Shown here in pieces: positions 12,003 to 25,063 of a DNA stretch of 64,000 bases. The translations under genes and the position numbers were made by a program. The stretch comes from Takakia lepidozioides (taxonomy: Eukaryota > Plantae > Bryophyta), in contig CM060732.1 in NCBI GenBank assembly GCA_030704615.1, positions 54,312,001-54,376,000 of the forward strand. Reading direction: 5' to 3'. Under the pieces are notes generated by a model. The model was not told where the DNA came from, made no database searches, and was given only the letters and a program-made list of their open reading frames with translations. Position 1 is the first letter of the stretch; each line of letters begins with the position of its first letter.

Positions 12003-15000
12003 TTACTTTCTCCACTTCCTCGTGCAGACAAAAGCACCGAGCAGCACAATGACTGACAAAGCCCCGGCCACCGGCACCCTGTTTACATACATGAATTGCC
12101 TGCGCAGAGTATAATGAGCAAGAGCTGGGAGGCAGCGCAGTGCAAATGGAACCTTGCTACTTTGCTCAAACGCCTCCATTGAGAAGTCCTGCCATGCCAA
12201 GCCGTCATGAGCGTAGGACACAAGAGGCTACAAGTACACTTGCCTAGTAGATCCCTTTCTCCTCTCTTTTACCTCCTTCACTCTGTTGGATAAGCTTTTC
12301 CGTTTCAGAGGCTGGCAACCAACTTGACTCCAATGTATGGTATCCATTCCACTTCATGCAGTTTTCCTCTCACTGACACTGAATTAATGCTCAAGTAACA
12401 TTTGTGGTTTGCTCAGAGGGTGCATGATGATTGCAGTCGACCAGGCAAGGTTGGTGAACATCATGCTCTCACAGCCTGTTTAGGTCATATTGAAATAGAA
12501 TTTTCACTGTCAGCGTATACAATTTCCTATCTGCTGTTTGACGTCGTGTTTCAAGAATCCAACCAGTAGGTTTGATCTCTGTAATTATTACCTTGGATTT
12601 GTCATTGGTAGAGCCGAAACTAACTAATGGTTAGCACAATGGCAGCAAGGGACATTCCAGTTTTGAAAATCCCTTACTCACACAGTGATCAAGATTTCTA
12701 ATGAGCACTGGAGATTGCATTATGCACAGAAGGGACTTTAACACAAGAAATTGAAGACAATTAAGGCATATAGACCAGCTGATTAGAGAAAACTCGTTAT
12801 GGTGGGGGTTTAGAAGCATACAGGGGGAAGTTTCTGAAGATAGCTCAAATGCTCTACATGTAGCTTCACATTCATCAATGCGCCTGGCCATAACGTAGCT
12901 GGTGTGTCAGCATAAACTTGCGCCACCACTTGGTAAGCAGTCCTGGCCCCTCCTGTAATCGCACTCAAAACTTTTTCCTCCCTTGCCTCTCGGTGCCTGC
13001 CAGACATGTGCCCTCATACCATTGGAGCTTTCTACCAACAAGAAAGGCCCCATCTGAATGCAAGTTAATCAAGCTGCTCTTTGTGGACATTCCATAGGCA
13101 CACCTGTGATAACAGTAGTTCTCATCTAGCCCTTCCCAGCTGGCTGAGAGTATGGTAACACATGCATATCAACCCTCCCCGAGCAGGTCACAACGTTTGT
13201 GAGACAGCACCTTGAAGTCAAAGGTACCATGAGATTGCGCACAAACCAACGTCAATCCATTCACAGAAAATTAATGGTTGATCTGGCTGTATAGGGTGCA
13301 GACATGCTATCTTTGGATAGGGAGGCTGCCCACTAAGCAGCAGAAAACTCCATTTAAAGACTGCAATTCCCACAAAGCCACAAAGACTGGCATGTGCATG
13401 TGACATTTAAGAAGATGCAGTAACCCCTTTCAATAAATTCATTTGCACCTCATCCACAGCTCAATGCTCAGATCTACACAAATCCATGTACAGGATTGCA
13501 AGCCTCTTTAACATACGCAAATACAGCTTCCTCTACCACAGGCTATCCGAGAGGGAAAGATGTACTCAATGCTGTTGAGACCATAGTCAAACCTCCAAAG
13601 GTCAAGGAACTCAGCCCCGACTTTGCCATAGTGGTCGCACAACAATTAAATCACATAGAATTGAGCATTGATGTCAGAGGGGGCATAGATATCCTGCTCG
13701 AAACCTCAATGTTGATTTCAGTACTTCTGCTCTTGCCCCCAACCTCATACACACCCACACATAGGATATCCTGTCCATCCCAAGGTGATGATTCTAGTGC
13801 CTATGACAGCTACTATCCTAAGGGGGAATCATGTGAACTTACTTGATGTAGCCCTGAAGCATGTGTGTTGGCCAAAGATTTGGTCGTCCGTGTGCAGGCA
13901 CAATAACTTTTGGCGCAAGGTCCAAAAAGGAACGGCAGGTGTTCAAGTAGTCCTGCAACCAAACCACATTATTCAACCACACTGAAGGCGACACCCATAC
14001 CACCTCACTGGGACATCATATAGTGCAAAGGGCAATTCAATTCACCTGTTGAAAGTTTCCAGTTCCCCTACAATCCTGCGATCCGTGAGAAATATCATCT
14101 CGTGGGCACTTTGGCACAGTTTAAGTTGATCATAAGATTTTGAGAACACTGATGGGTTGAAGAAAAGGTCAAGGCTCACATATGGTATCACAATAGGCTG
14201 CAAGGTTCTGATTTCAAATCCCACTAAAGCAAATTTAAAATTTCTCAGCAGAAAGTATAGGAATTATGTTCACGAATAAAAACGAATTTTCAGCATCAGA
14301 GTGTACATGGTACCGTGAGAGGAACTCACGGAGTGCATTCAACCAAAGTTAGAGAATGAAAGAACCCTAAAATTCATTCCTACAACAGAAGAGTGAAAGA
14401 AGTTACCTGCATATTGCCCCCCGAACTCCCATCCAGAACTGAACTCCCTTGTCTGCACCCACCAGCCACACCACACCACACCATTCATATGTTCATCACC
14501 AAACACACCAGAAGGAAGTTGCAGGCTGCCTGCTTCACCTTTTGTGCTTTCCCCTGTTAGGGCGTGACCACTTTCTAATGTCCACTTTTAGCCCCCTGGG
14601 AATCTTGTCACTCAAATCAACTTGAGACTCGCAGGTAGGTACCAAAAAAGTAGCAATATCCTGTTGGCAGCTGGGTGACCTCACCCTTGTCACCTGCCAT
14701 GTATATCTGCATTGATTCGACCCCAGACCATCTGCTGAGTGGCAACAGGGCCCTAGCCACTGGGTTACCTGCTGGAAGCCCTACCATTCCAATACAAAGC
14801 ATGGACCACTTCCCATTTGGCCACCATGCTCTATCTTAGCATGCCATCATAGTTGCATTAACAGACTAATTGCAACCATTTCAAGGTGCCCATAGCAGAG
14901 CACTTGGCTGTGCACATAGGATGGAATCTTAAGCAGCTCAAGGCACCTGCAGGCACAGACCCCCTGATGCTTGAGAGATGTAAGCTGTCTACAGGATCTT

Positions 15001-18000
15001 ACCCCACACAATGATCACCCACAAGGAGTGTGCGTGTCATGCGATGAAAAAGTGCAAGATGACCATCCGTGTGACCCTGCACACACCAGAGATGACCAAT
15101 TCATTTGCTGTCTTAACAAGCCATACTGATGTCATCGAAAAACACCTTGATAGCAAAGTGGATAGGACCCGGAATCACGTGGAAATTAAGAATATCTAGG
15201 ATGGGCAGCTGACCTCATGGAAAAGGCAATGTGCATGGACTAGGAGAATAGCAGAGCAGCTCTGTGGTAAGAAAGCACTATCCAACATTACGCTTACTTG
15301 TACACCACAGAATCAGACTGGATTGTTTCCCCTTGCCATAAGATAATGGGGTTCATTACACCCTAGAGCTCACCCCTCAGGGTTATGTGCTCCTTCTTGA
15401 TGGAAGGTCATAAGTAGACCATCCATACCATATAAACTGACCATAGGACAGCACATGCGTACCGGGGCTGCTATCACTTCCATCTCCTGGCCAGCGATGA
15501 GCAGTTTGAAGCCATCCACCACAGCAATACACTGCAACCCACTTGTCGCTGGATCCCAACACAACAAGTGAGTCAGAAAGTGCATAATGTTGGCCTCATG
15601 CAAATGGCAACAGCACTAGACCACCACAGGCAGCCACTTAAAGGTCTATGGGAACACACCTTTACCCATGCGTCGAATGGTTTTCTCATGCGCAATGATG
15701 ACAGCCTCTGGGTTGTGTTGCCTCACAGTTGGGAGTCCTGTGTGCCATTTTACTCTCATTAAAGTCCAAAACCAAAACCAAGAGTAAACACGGGCAGAGA
15801 TAGTGCTGAGTGATTCCAAACTTGGATTTGAAAGGCAATGAACAAAAGAGTGTGAAATTAACATTATGAGGGTCAATCACTTCATGTCGGGACTTTTGAT
15901 ACATTGCAGTGACTAGCTGCTACAACTTCCCACTGATAAATACGTACAAGCATGCTCATAACACAGGCATATGTCCTTAGAAGTATCCTTGCACAGAGTT
16001 TCTGATTAACTTCCAGACATACAGAACTCCACCATGAAGAACATAGAGCTTAAATAAAGGAGAACAAAGGAGTAAGTTAGGCTATCATTATTAGACAACC
16101 ACTGCATGATTATGGAGCCCCTTTGACCAAGGCTAGAACATCTCCATTCCACACACGGCCACCTTCAACATGTCTCAATGTTGACTTGCCAGTTTTGATT
16201 CTCAGTTGGTCATGACTACTTGCAGGTATCCCTTCAGCAGGACCAACCTGTACTTCGTAGGTGGCTGGTTATCTCAAGACCCCCAGAAGCTAGGCTCACT
16301 ACACAGGGTAACCCTCCAGTATATGTGGATTACACAGCATGACCAAGTGTCCCGGGCCCATCTGCTGAGGGATGTAATACTACAACAAATTACCATAACT
16401 TGGGATTCAGATTATCGGGGGACATCACCTCATGCTCTGCACTTGGAAATCAGCCATTGCAAGTGAACTACAAAGCTACATGATTCCAGCTCTTTGTGCA
16501 GGAGAATCTACATGAGGGACCATGTAGCAGAGTTCCCATGACCCTCTCTCTAGCTGACCTCACGAGGTTTAATGAATTCACACTAAACACAATATGGGCC
16601 AGAGAACAAGCACCTATTGAATGTCAAGGAGGGTACCATTCCTTGTTGTCTTCACATACTTAGAAGCAAGAAGAAACTGCTAACATTTGCACACCATTCC
16701 ACCATAATTTGGCCCAATGTGCACAGCAAATGCAATACACAGGTGCATTCATGGTCATGCCTCAAAAGTTGCTTCCACAGCAGTCATGGCCCACATTCTG
16801 CTCCTCCTCATTTCTGGTACTTTTCTTCTCTGTCCAGAGTGGATATGGGGTCTGCCACAAAGATAAAAGTCTGACAAGTATTCCAAAACCCAAACCAAGT
16901 CAGACTACTGATCTTACCATCAGTGTGATCATGGTGATGGTGTGTCACAAACACCAGGAGCCTTGTTGGCAGTTCCTTAACAATCTTGGCAAGCTGCACT
17001 GCACCAGTAAAAGCAAGCTTAGATGATTCCAGTCGACTACACTTCTCGAGCCAGCAGAAGAGGAAGGGGTTTTTATTTGCTAGACTGCACCTGTATTAAT
17101 GTGGAGCTCCTCTCTAAGGTTAGGAACAAAGGCACTTGCAACGAATTTTGCTTCTAATCTGTACTCCTGATTCCCCCAGTTGCCCACATATCCTGCTACC
17201 AGTACCCATGGTCGTCACACAGGTCTCAGCTCCCTAAAGGACCAACCATCACAGACCAATAAAGTAGGAAACCGCCTACCCAGTGACCCCTCCTTAAAGC
17301 TGGGTTAACTACACAGGGTGACCTCGGGCTTAGGCAGATGGGGATTTGACTCAGTAGAGCCACGGTACAAATGGCAGTACCACCCCTGGTTCCATGACAA
17401 AGACGTGCTCCAAAAATTTGTCCAGTCTTTGCTGGACGAGTCTATATACATGAGGAAGCACCTACAAACCTGAGCTTGCGCCGAGGCCGGATAGCAACCA
17501 GGATCACACATCAAAGCATCACCATATGCTACAGCCATGGTGCTGTCTGTTCTACGTTCCAGTGGTGCTGTGGGGGAGAATAGGACCAGATTGGTCTTAC
17601 TGAATGGCATCAGAGTAGTTGAGTCCATTGGTGCAATGAACACACCAGGCGGGTACTCCTGCACAACAATCGATATGATAAGGATCGACAGACAGATCTT
17701 TGCTCCTTGCTATATCAGGAATGTCTCCAACAACCAACAGAGGCACTGGGATGAAAAGCAGGAGCATCGGAGAAGAATGACGAAATTGGGGTCATCTCAG
17801 CAATCAAACTCTGACCAACATGAGAGTGTTGGTTGGGAAGCAGGTTACCAGGCTATTTATACTCAAATTGTACTTGAATGACAAGTATTCTGGGAAGTAG
17901 GAAGAGAAGGCAAGCACAGCCAACGGGCCAATGCGCTTTCCTCTGACATCTGCTCCCACTAGCATGTGACAAGCTTCATGTTGGTCAATCCACTGTTCGC

Positions 18001-19792
18001 CTCCTGCATGTTGCCCAACCCTACCATATCACCATATTTGGAGCTTAAGGGCCTACAATGGGCTCCGCAAGTCATTATCTTCCTTCCAATCCCCCCTCCG
18101 GTCTTTGTCTTTACCTCAACCACATGTCTAGTGTCTGTCTAGGGACTGGGGATACAGTAGCCATGCTGGAATCAGCATTTTAATTTTGAAAATGAAGGCA
18201 ATGCCAGGACATTGCCAGCATTCCCTACAACCAGATTTGGTGCAGGGCTACGGTAACTTTAGTCTCCCTCTCCCAGCCAGGTAAAAATCTATGATGAAAT
18301 TCAGAGAGTGGATATCCCAGATGGATTACGGGGTCTGGCATTGTGATAACTTTCAAAAGGTGGCCGCATACATCTGCCTTCCAAACTTCCTATTTATCCC
18401 GTTACCCTGTCCAGACTTCACAAGCCACAGAATAATGGCAAGTACAGAAGTGAACAGTGCACTCTCTCCTCACCCTCAAATCGCACTCACTCAGATCTGC
18501 TCCGTGTGCAGTGGAGAACCCACAATCCACTGCATACTATCAATCACTAGATACCGATGACCTTTCTGCCCCCCTCTCCCCCTCACTGCTAAACAAAGGA
18601 TCTCTTCAAGAAGTGCATGTAAAAAGTATTCCGGCAATTTGGCGCAGTCTCTTTCACCTCTACTAGCCCAAAACATTGGTCATCGAGCAACCAAAAATTG
18701 ACAGCAATTAAACGCTTGCTTCGATGTAATAGTACTGCCCTCCTCTCTCTCCCTCTCAAGGTCTCTCTTCAAGCATCCGCTACCTGCAAAATTGCCATTG
18801 CGGCGGGTCTCAGTGATAAAGACGATGGTGTGAAGAGGAGGGCCTGGTCCGAAGGCTGGCTCTTGCACAAACTTCCAGTATCGCCATGAATAGACTGGAC
18901 CAGAAGCCAAACAGACGCTTGTTTGAATCTGCTACACACATTGCAGCCAAGATTTGTTACTGCCTACCAATTTGCTGTGTGAGCAACTTTTGTGAAGTGT
19001 GGGTCTGCCGAGGCAGGTCATGTAAATATCTCAAGGCAATTCCATCGAAAGCATGTCCAATAGCCTGTCCAACCTCATCAAGCTTATACAAACTCTCCAC
19101 TACGGATCGTACTTCCCATCCGAGTTCCCATCTTTTCTCTTTGACTGAGCTTCTTCTCCAAACACTCAGGACCTGTGAATATATTCACATATCATCTATT
19201 GTTCAGACTCTGAAATGCAAACCCCCAGAGAAGGAGGATTGTTCTTGTAACCCTGGAAACCCAAATTCATCAAAATCCTCTACATGTAGAATAAACTGCA
19301 AATTAGGCGTAGAATCTAAGCGAAGATTGAAAGAGTACTGCACCACCTGCCCACCATGCAGCATACTGACAAGATTCTCTTCAGCCAGTTTCTTCCAGAC
19401 TCGATGAACACCCACACACATACACGAGGAAGCGGGCAACGTCCCACTTCTAAGTAAGAGGCAAAATGTTAGATCAATCTCTTGGAGAAACAAAGTACCT
19501 GTTGGACAGCATCAAAAACATTAAAGCCCTTCAGGCCCAGGCACTCCAGATTGAGTTTAACGTTACTCACGACCTTGGCCAATCGCTCATCCTCTCCCCC
19601 AATACCCGAAAGCTGCGCAGAGGAGCCCCCGAGACGACACAGGGCCGCACAGGGCAGGTCCCACAGCTCGGAGTCTGTAAGCTCCGACGGCGGCCCTGGA
19701 GCCACCTGCCTCTTCAAACAGATCTGGAACACCTCCGATGGATCCACATTCTTCACTATCAGCGCCACCTGATACAATGCTCCCCCTGCCAT
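12003..19792 (-). CDS. Metallo-beta-lactamase-fold hydrolase (LACTB2-like plant family), multi-exon, with C-terminal TM segment
   Basis: MAGGALYQVALIVKN start; YWKFVQEPAFGPGPPLHT; QEYPPGVFIAPMDSTTLMPFSKTNL; ALMCDPGC; metal motif THHHHDHTDG (~16920-16947); IIAHEKTIRR; REAREEKVLSAI...VKLHVEHL; hydrophobic tail before stop at 12003. Not every internal exon boundary was resolved. Confidence 0.88.
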
Positions 19793-19988
19793 CTCTCTCG
19801 CTCTCTCCCCCCCCCCCCCCCCCCCTCCCTCTCACATACAATAACTATCAAGGCTTCCACAAAAAATGTAGTAAATGGATCTCTCTCATGCCACTCTCAA
19901 ACAATCTCACCCCCACACGCAATGAGCAAGCACGATATGTCAAGCAAGTGCGGCATTGTGCTGGAGCAGCCAAGCTTTTCCTGAATCC

Positions 19989-20016
19989 CTTCTTCTTCTT
20001 CTTCTTCTTCTTCTTC
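19989..20016. repeat. (TTC)n microsatellite upstream of the beta-lactamase gene
   Basis: Direct read of the TTC run. Confidence 0.9.
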
Positions 20017-23000
20017 CTCAATCCGATGAGCCCTGCCTACCGAATCTTTGATCCGCGGGGCTTTTTGTTTTCATTTTAATATTAGCTCTTAACTCCAAAT
20101 TCCCCCTTGTTTCTTAGGGCTTATCCAGTAGGCCACCCCTCTGAATACTTGATCGCCCCCGCCAACCAGCCGGGACAGCGGGCCCCGCCCAGGGCGCGCA
20201 CCCCCCTTTTTCGTACCGGCCTCGCCCTAGTGACTCACTTAGGAGCCATAATGTGCCCTAGAGGGCGCGTTCCCTGGCGTAAGGGAATTTTGGGAGCAGA
20301 TTCTGCGAGGCCCTGATTGGCCGCAGGCCATAATGAGCCATTAAAAGTCAAACAGCCGATTATGGCGGTCAAACTGCCGATTAGGAATGCAGAATGCGCC
20401 AGCGCCCTGGAGCGTCGATCTTCTGCTGCCTCAAAAGTGGCAGAATCTGCCCCCAAAATCCATTACGTCGGGCTCCCCCCCCCCGCCCCCACCATCTTGG
20501 GCAGCGGGCCGGCTGCCTCAGACCATCTCTCAATTCTTCTTAACCCCTAAGATTTAAACGATGATGACACGACTTGGGTCGCGTCGTTTTTCATCCACAA
20601 CACAGAATCTGTGGATGAGGTGGGATGAAAACAAGTTCTGAAGCAAAAGTGTGGGGGCGGGCTAGTGTTTTTTTTTTTTCGTTTTTCCAAAATCGCTGGC
20701 GGGGCCACATGGGAATTCTATCCAGTGCCCATGTGGTGAGAATAACGAGGTGGCAGGGCTAGAACTGTGCTTTTTGGTCCGGTACAGTCGGACATAGCTA
20801 AGGCCCTTTTCTCACCGGAGACTCTCTTCCTTTCTTCCACCCACTTTTCCAATGAAAAGTGACACATAGGCAAGGGTGGATGTTGCAACAAACACACGAG
20901 TGGAAGTTGATAGCATTCCATTGGAGATCAATCGTGGATTTTTCTGATTTTGTGGAAACCATCGACGGTGTAGATCTCCTTAGTGAAGAGCTGCGTGAAA
21001 GAAGTTCGGGAAGAAGGAAGACGGTGGGCCCTGCATTCCACGACAAAACCTTTGAGAGGTGCGCGACACTTCCAGCGGGAAGTGCCTCAATGTCTTGTGG
21101 CTTCCAAAACCTTCCACGTCATTAAACACATCAGCTTCCTTTAGAGCGTGCTTCCTCCCATGTGTTACTGGCTGGTTTCCCCTCTACTAATGGTCGTCTC
21201 CCATTCATCTCAATTGCTGTTCTTGTGTCTACGCCCTAAAAGTGTTAGGGGTTGGGAGTAAGAAAAGTTCTACAATACCAGGTCATATACCAGACCAGGC
21301 TGGTATCCGTTTTCTCATATCAGCCACAATACCAGTAGCCCCCGCCGTCTTCCTCATTTACTCTGGTATGTGTACTATATTAGTTTATGTATACATACAT
21401 CACTTATTTATACTTACTTTATGTTTATTGCATTTGTTCTCACTTGATATTTGACAAACTTGTAATTCAAATGGCTTTGGAATGATACCAGAATTGATAT
21501 CTCATACCAGCTGGTATTGTGGTCATGATACTCATACTCATACCAGTATCTAGGAAATACATCCACCATTATATAGACCAGACTGGTATGAAAGTTTTGT
21601 GATGGGGCTGGTACCAGGACCAGTGGGGGAATGCTTGCACGTGAGCCTGGCTAGGCTCACGCCACGTCAGCAATCATCCACGTGTGTAGGTCCTAATTAC
21701 GTGCTCCCCCCCCCCCCCCCCCCCCTATTACCGCGGATCAGTTGTCGCCTATGTCCCTTTCATCGCCCCCACATGAATATTCTTTCCGACCGAGAACAAT
21801 GGTAGGTTTGGGGATGGTTTAGGATCGAGGACATGATTTTTGAATGAGGAGATCGCCCGCTAGAGAATTGAATATTAATAGCAAACCCTTTTTTTTGCAA
21901 AGTAGTTCATTCATTCCAACCCACAAACATTTTCCAATGCTGGAATCTGAAGACCCACCCTAGGCAATCCCTAACTGTACCTACGGGAACGCGCGAAGAG
22001 CTTGAAAAACAGTTTGGGGATGGAAGCAAAACCAAAATACATTTTATTAAGTCTCGGTACTTGAACCTCAAGAACTATTGGAGGTTTCAGAGGAACTACT
22101 TCCAGAGTCTGCAGCAATATCATCTATGAACACAGCAGCCCCTCATTGATGTTTTTTTTCTCCGCGATTCCCATGGAGAGGCGAATACATTGTTTGTTGG
22201 GACAACACCTGTGCGCAAGCTTCCGCGTAAACCGGCAAGCGATAAGCTCTAGGGGGACTCGGGGACATGTAGTATCCTTGGAAACCGAAAGGTGTCTGCG
22301 TATTCGATGACGCCTGCCGAACTCTAGAAAGCAAGAAGAGGAATGGTGGTAGATGTTATCATCCAGAAATAGACAATGTAAGCAACCATCTGTCGAACAG
22401 GAATGACACAATGAAATGCAATATATTTTGCACGACTAGAGCCGAACTTACTCACACTCAAAATCGGAGTCCACGTTGAGATCCTCGTCAGGCGCTTCGG
22501 GCTCCTCAAGAAGTCCCTCTGTGCATGGGGCAGAAGTAGTGCCTGACTCAAGCTGATGAAGCTCGCTTGAGAAGAGCTCCGTATCAGCCTCCATGCCGAA
22601 GAAGTGCCTTCCGGCGCTTTTGCACGCATGAAAAGATGCTCCTGCAAATCGAAGATGAACGAGAAATCAAAACAGGGCTTCCCTAAGCTCACTGCCCACA
22701 TTTCAAACACAATGTTCAGGGCCCCACCTGTTCCCATAGACAAGTCAACCACTCGTCCACCGTGACGGCTACATGTCTCCACCAAAGTCTGCATGAAAGC
22801 TGGGGATTTCTCCCGTGCACCTCTCCAAGGGACACCAGTCGACCTTTTCGTGGTTCGACCCGAGTCCACGTAATTGAAGATTACATCATCCTCCACTGGC
22901 TCGCAGGTGGGGTCAATGTGAGCTGCAAGGTCCCTCAACTGGAACTCAGCAATACCAGGAGGAAGAGTGTCCTTACGCACCCTCACCAGGCACAAAGCTT

Positions 23001-24311
23001 CGAACACCCGAGTCTGTCAACAATCACGAAGAGAGCATGAGGCAAAAGACAAAACCAACTTTTGACATGTACATCAGAACCACTAAACTTTAATTCAAAG
23101 GAACCAACTCACTTTCTGCCCCAGGAACTCGCCCTTCGTAAGAGGCAGAGTGTTGATGCATGTCCAAGTTTTGATGACACGAAACCCGGAAGCTTTCATG
23201 TAGCTGAAAAGAGTTCTCCGTGCCGACATGTCTTTTGACTGCATGAGAAGAAGAGCCCCCGAGTCAGAAAGGAATTTGTTGCTGAATGAGAAGGCCCATT
23301 GCCAGTAACGAGAATCCGATTTGTTCCAAGTGGGGGTTGAATTGGAAGGCAACACATCAGGGACAGGGAAACCGTCAGGAATGTCCAGCACCACAAGGTC
23401 AGTCGCGTATGCCTGTTGAACTTCATTCATCCAATCCGGCCTTTTTGTGACCTACAGCCAAAAACAGGAGACAGTGTCACAAGCCCAATCTTGATCCAAC
23501 ATGAAATCAATCCCATCGACAAGCTAGAACAAGTTGCCAAAACAAAATTATTCACACAACAGTTAAGACATATGTGCTTACCTGAGTGAGGAACAAAACA
23601 AGCATGTCCCATGATTTTGAGGGCACCCCTTTAAATGTAGACTTCATGGATTCCATCATTGCCAGAAAACTTTCATTCACCACCTTACGATGGAACTGGC
23701 CCAAAACCATGGATGGATGTTCTCTCGCATCGAAAGGCTGCTCCCTCGACTTTGTTGTTCTCCTATCCCTCCTAGTTGGAGAAGGCTGTATTTCAGCGAC
23801 CTCTGACGGGCCCTGTTGACGCGGAGCTGAACTTCTTCCCCTTCCCCTTCGGATCCCGGCAATCTTCACCTTCCCTTTTGGAGGTAGCAGAGATTTCCGG
23901 CTTTTTGCAGCCAGAGCAGCAATGATTTTGTCCTGAATGTCTTTGTCAGCCAGTGGGCAAGTGCCGCGGTGTTGCGTTAAGGTTTCTCAAAAACAACTTC
24001 ATCGAATGGTGTGTCAGTTTTGGCAGATCGAGGTACCACCCACAGTCTCTGAAGTGCGCCCTGCTCCAGTCTCTGGCAATACCAGCCGTGTACATTGTCT
24101 TGTCATTGGAGGGGTCAGCCCACGAGTAGATGAAGTCTGGGTCATCGCTAAGGTACTTTCCGGTATGAGGACATGATACATATACCTGAATGACACACAC
24201 ATCCAAAATCCAGACAGTCATCGATCTGATCAGGACACAGATCACACATCACGAGAAGTGTATTGGCATGCAGGTCAGTAACACTGAATAACAACGTTTG
24301 AAAGCCCGATT

Positions 24312-25063
24312 CAACATTGCGTTGACGCAATGTTGATTCGAGCTGAAATGGAAAACATCAAATTTGGAGAACTGCACTTTCAACAAGCACGTACGAGAGG
24401 GAAAGCCCATTATCCTAAAACATCTCATGCACAACATTGGAACCCCAATCAACCTTGCTTGACGCAAAGAAGATTGGCGGATACACCTATGATAATGTAG
24501 CATTGAAAGAGACAGTGCTTGGCAACGGAATTCAACATTGCGTCAACGCAAGGTTGTTTTCATTAACAGAGAAAATTGAAAACAGTGATTGAAAAACAAC
24601 ATCCGAATATCTGTTGGTATGGATATTCAACCTTGCGTTGACGCAAGGTTGAATTCCTCTGCTGAAACACCTGTCCAGGGTATTTTGATACCTTAACTTT
24701 CCTACAATTGTATGGAAATCGGGGGTATTTTGGCGGGATTAATCTAGCAATCCATACCGTCAAACAACGTTGCGTCAACGCAAGGCTGTTTGATGGTACA
24801 GTGTAAGCTCTAAACAACATTTCAAACAGACTCCAAACCGACTTTAAGTTCATCCTGGCAGCATTGCAACTGGAAACCACCAAAAAAAACAGCCCAAGAA
24901 CACAGGAAAACCTACACAGCCAGGCCCTTCATCAACCTTGCGTTGACGCAAGGTTGATTTGTCTTGCCCTTTCACATGCAGAATAACGACTTCATTGGAT
25001 ACCCCAGGTACATGAAAGTGAAACCAAAACAAAGGGATACAAGCTTGCGTTAACGCAATGTTG
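24312..25063. repeat. Cluster 1 of 24-bp palindromes CAACCTTGCGT-NN-ACGCAAGGTTG (7 copies), intronic
   Basis: Copies start at 24312, 24450 (degenerate), 24533, 24628, 24765, 24933, 25040; spacers are unique and of unequal length. Confidence 0.93.

Noticed and set aside
18886-19984. Plus-strand ORFs of 172-173 aa
   Set aside because: Antisense to beta-lactamase exons and introns; no motifs
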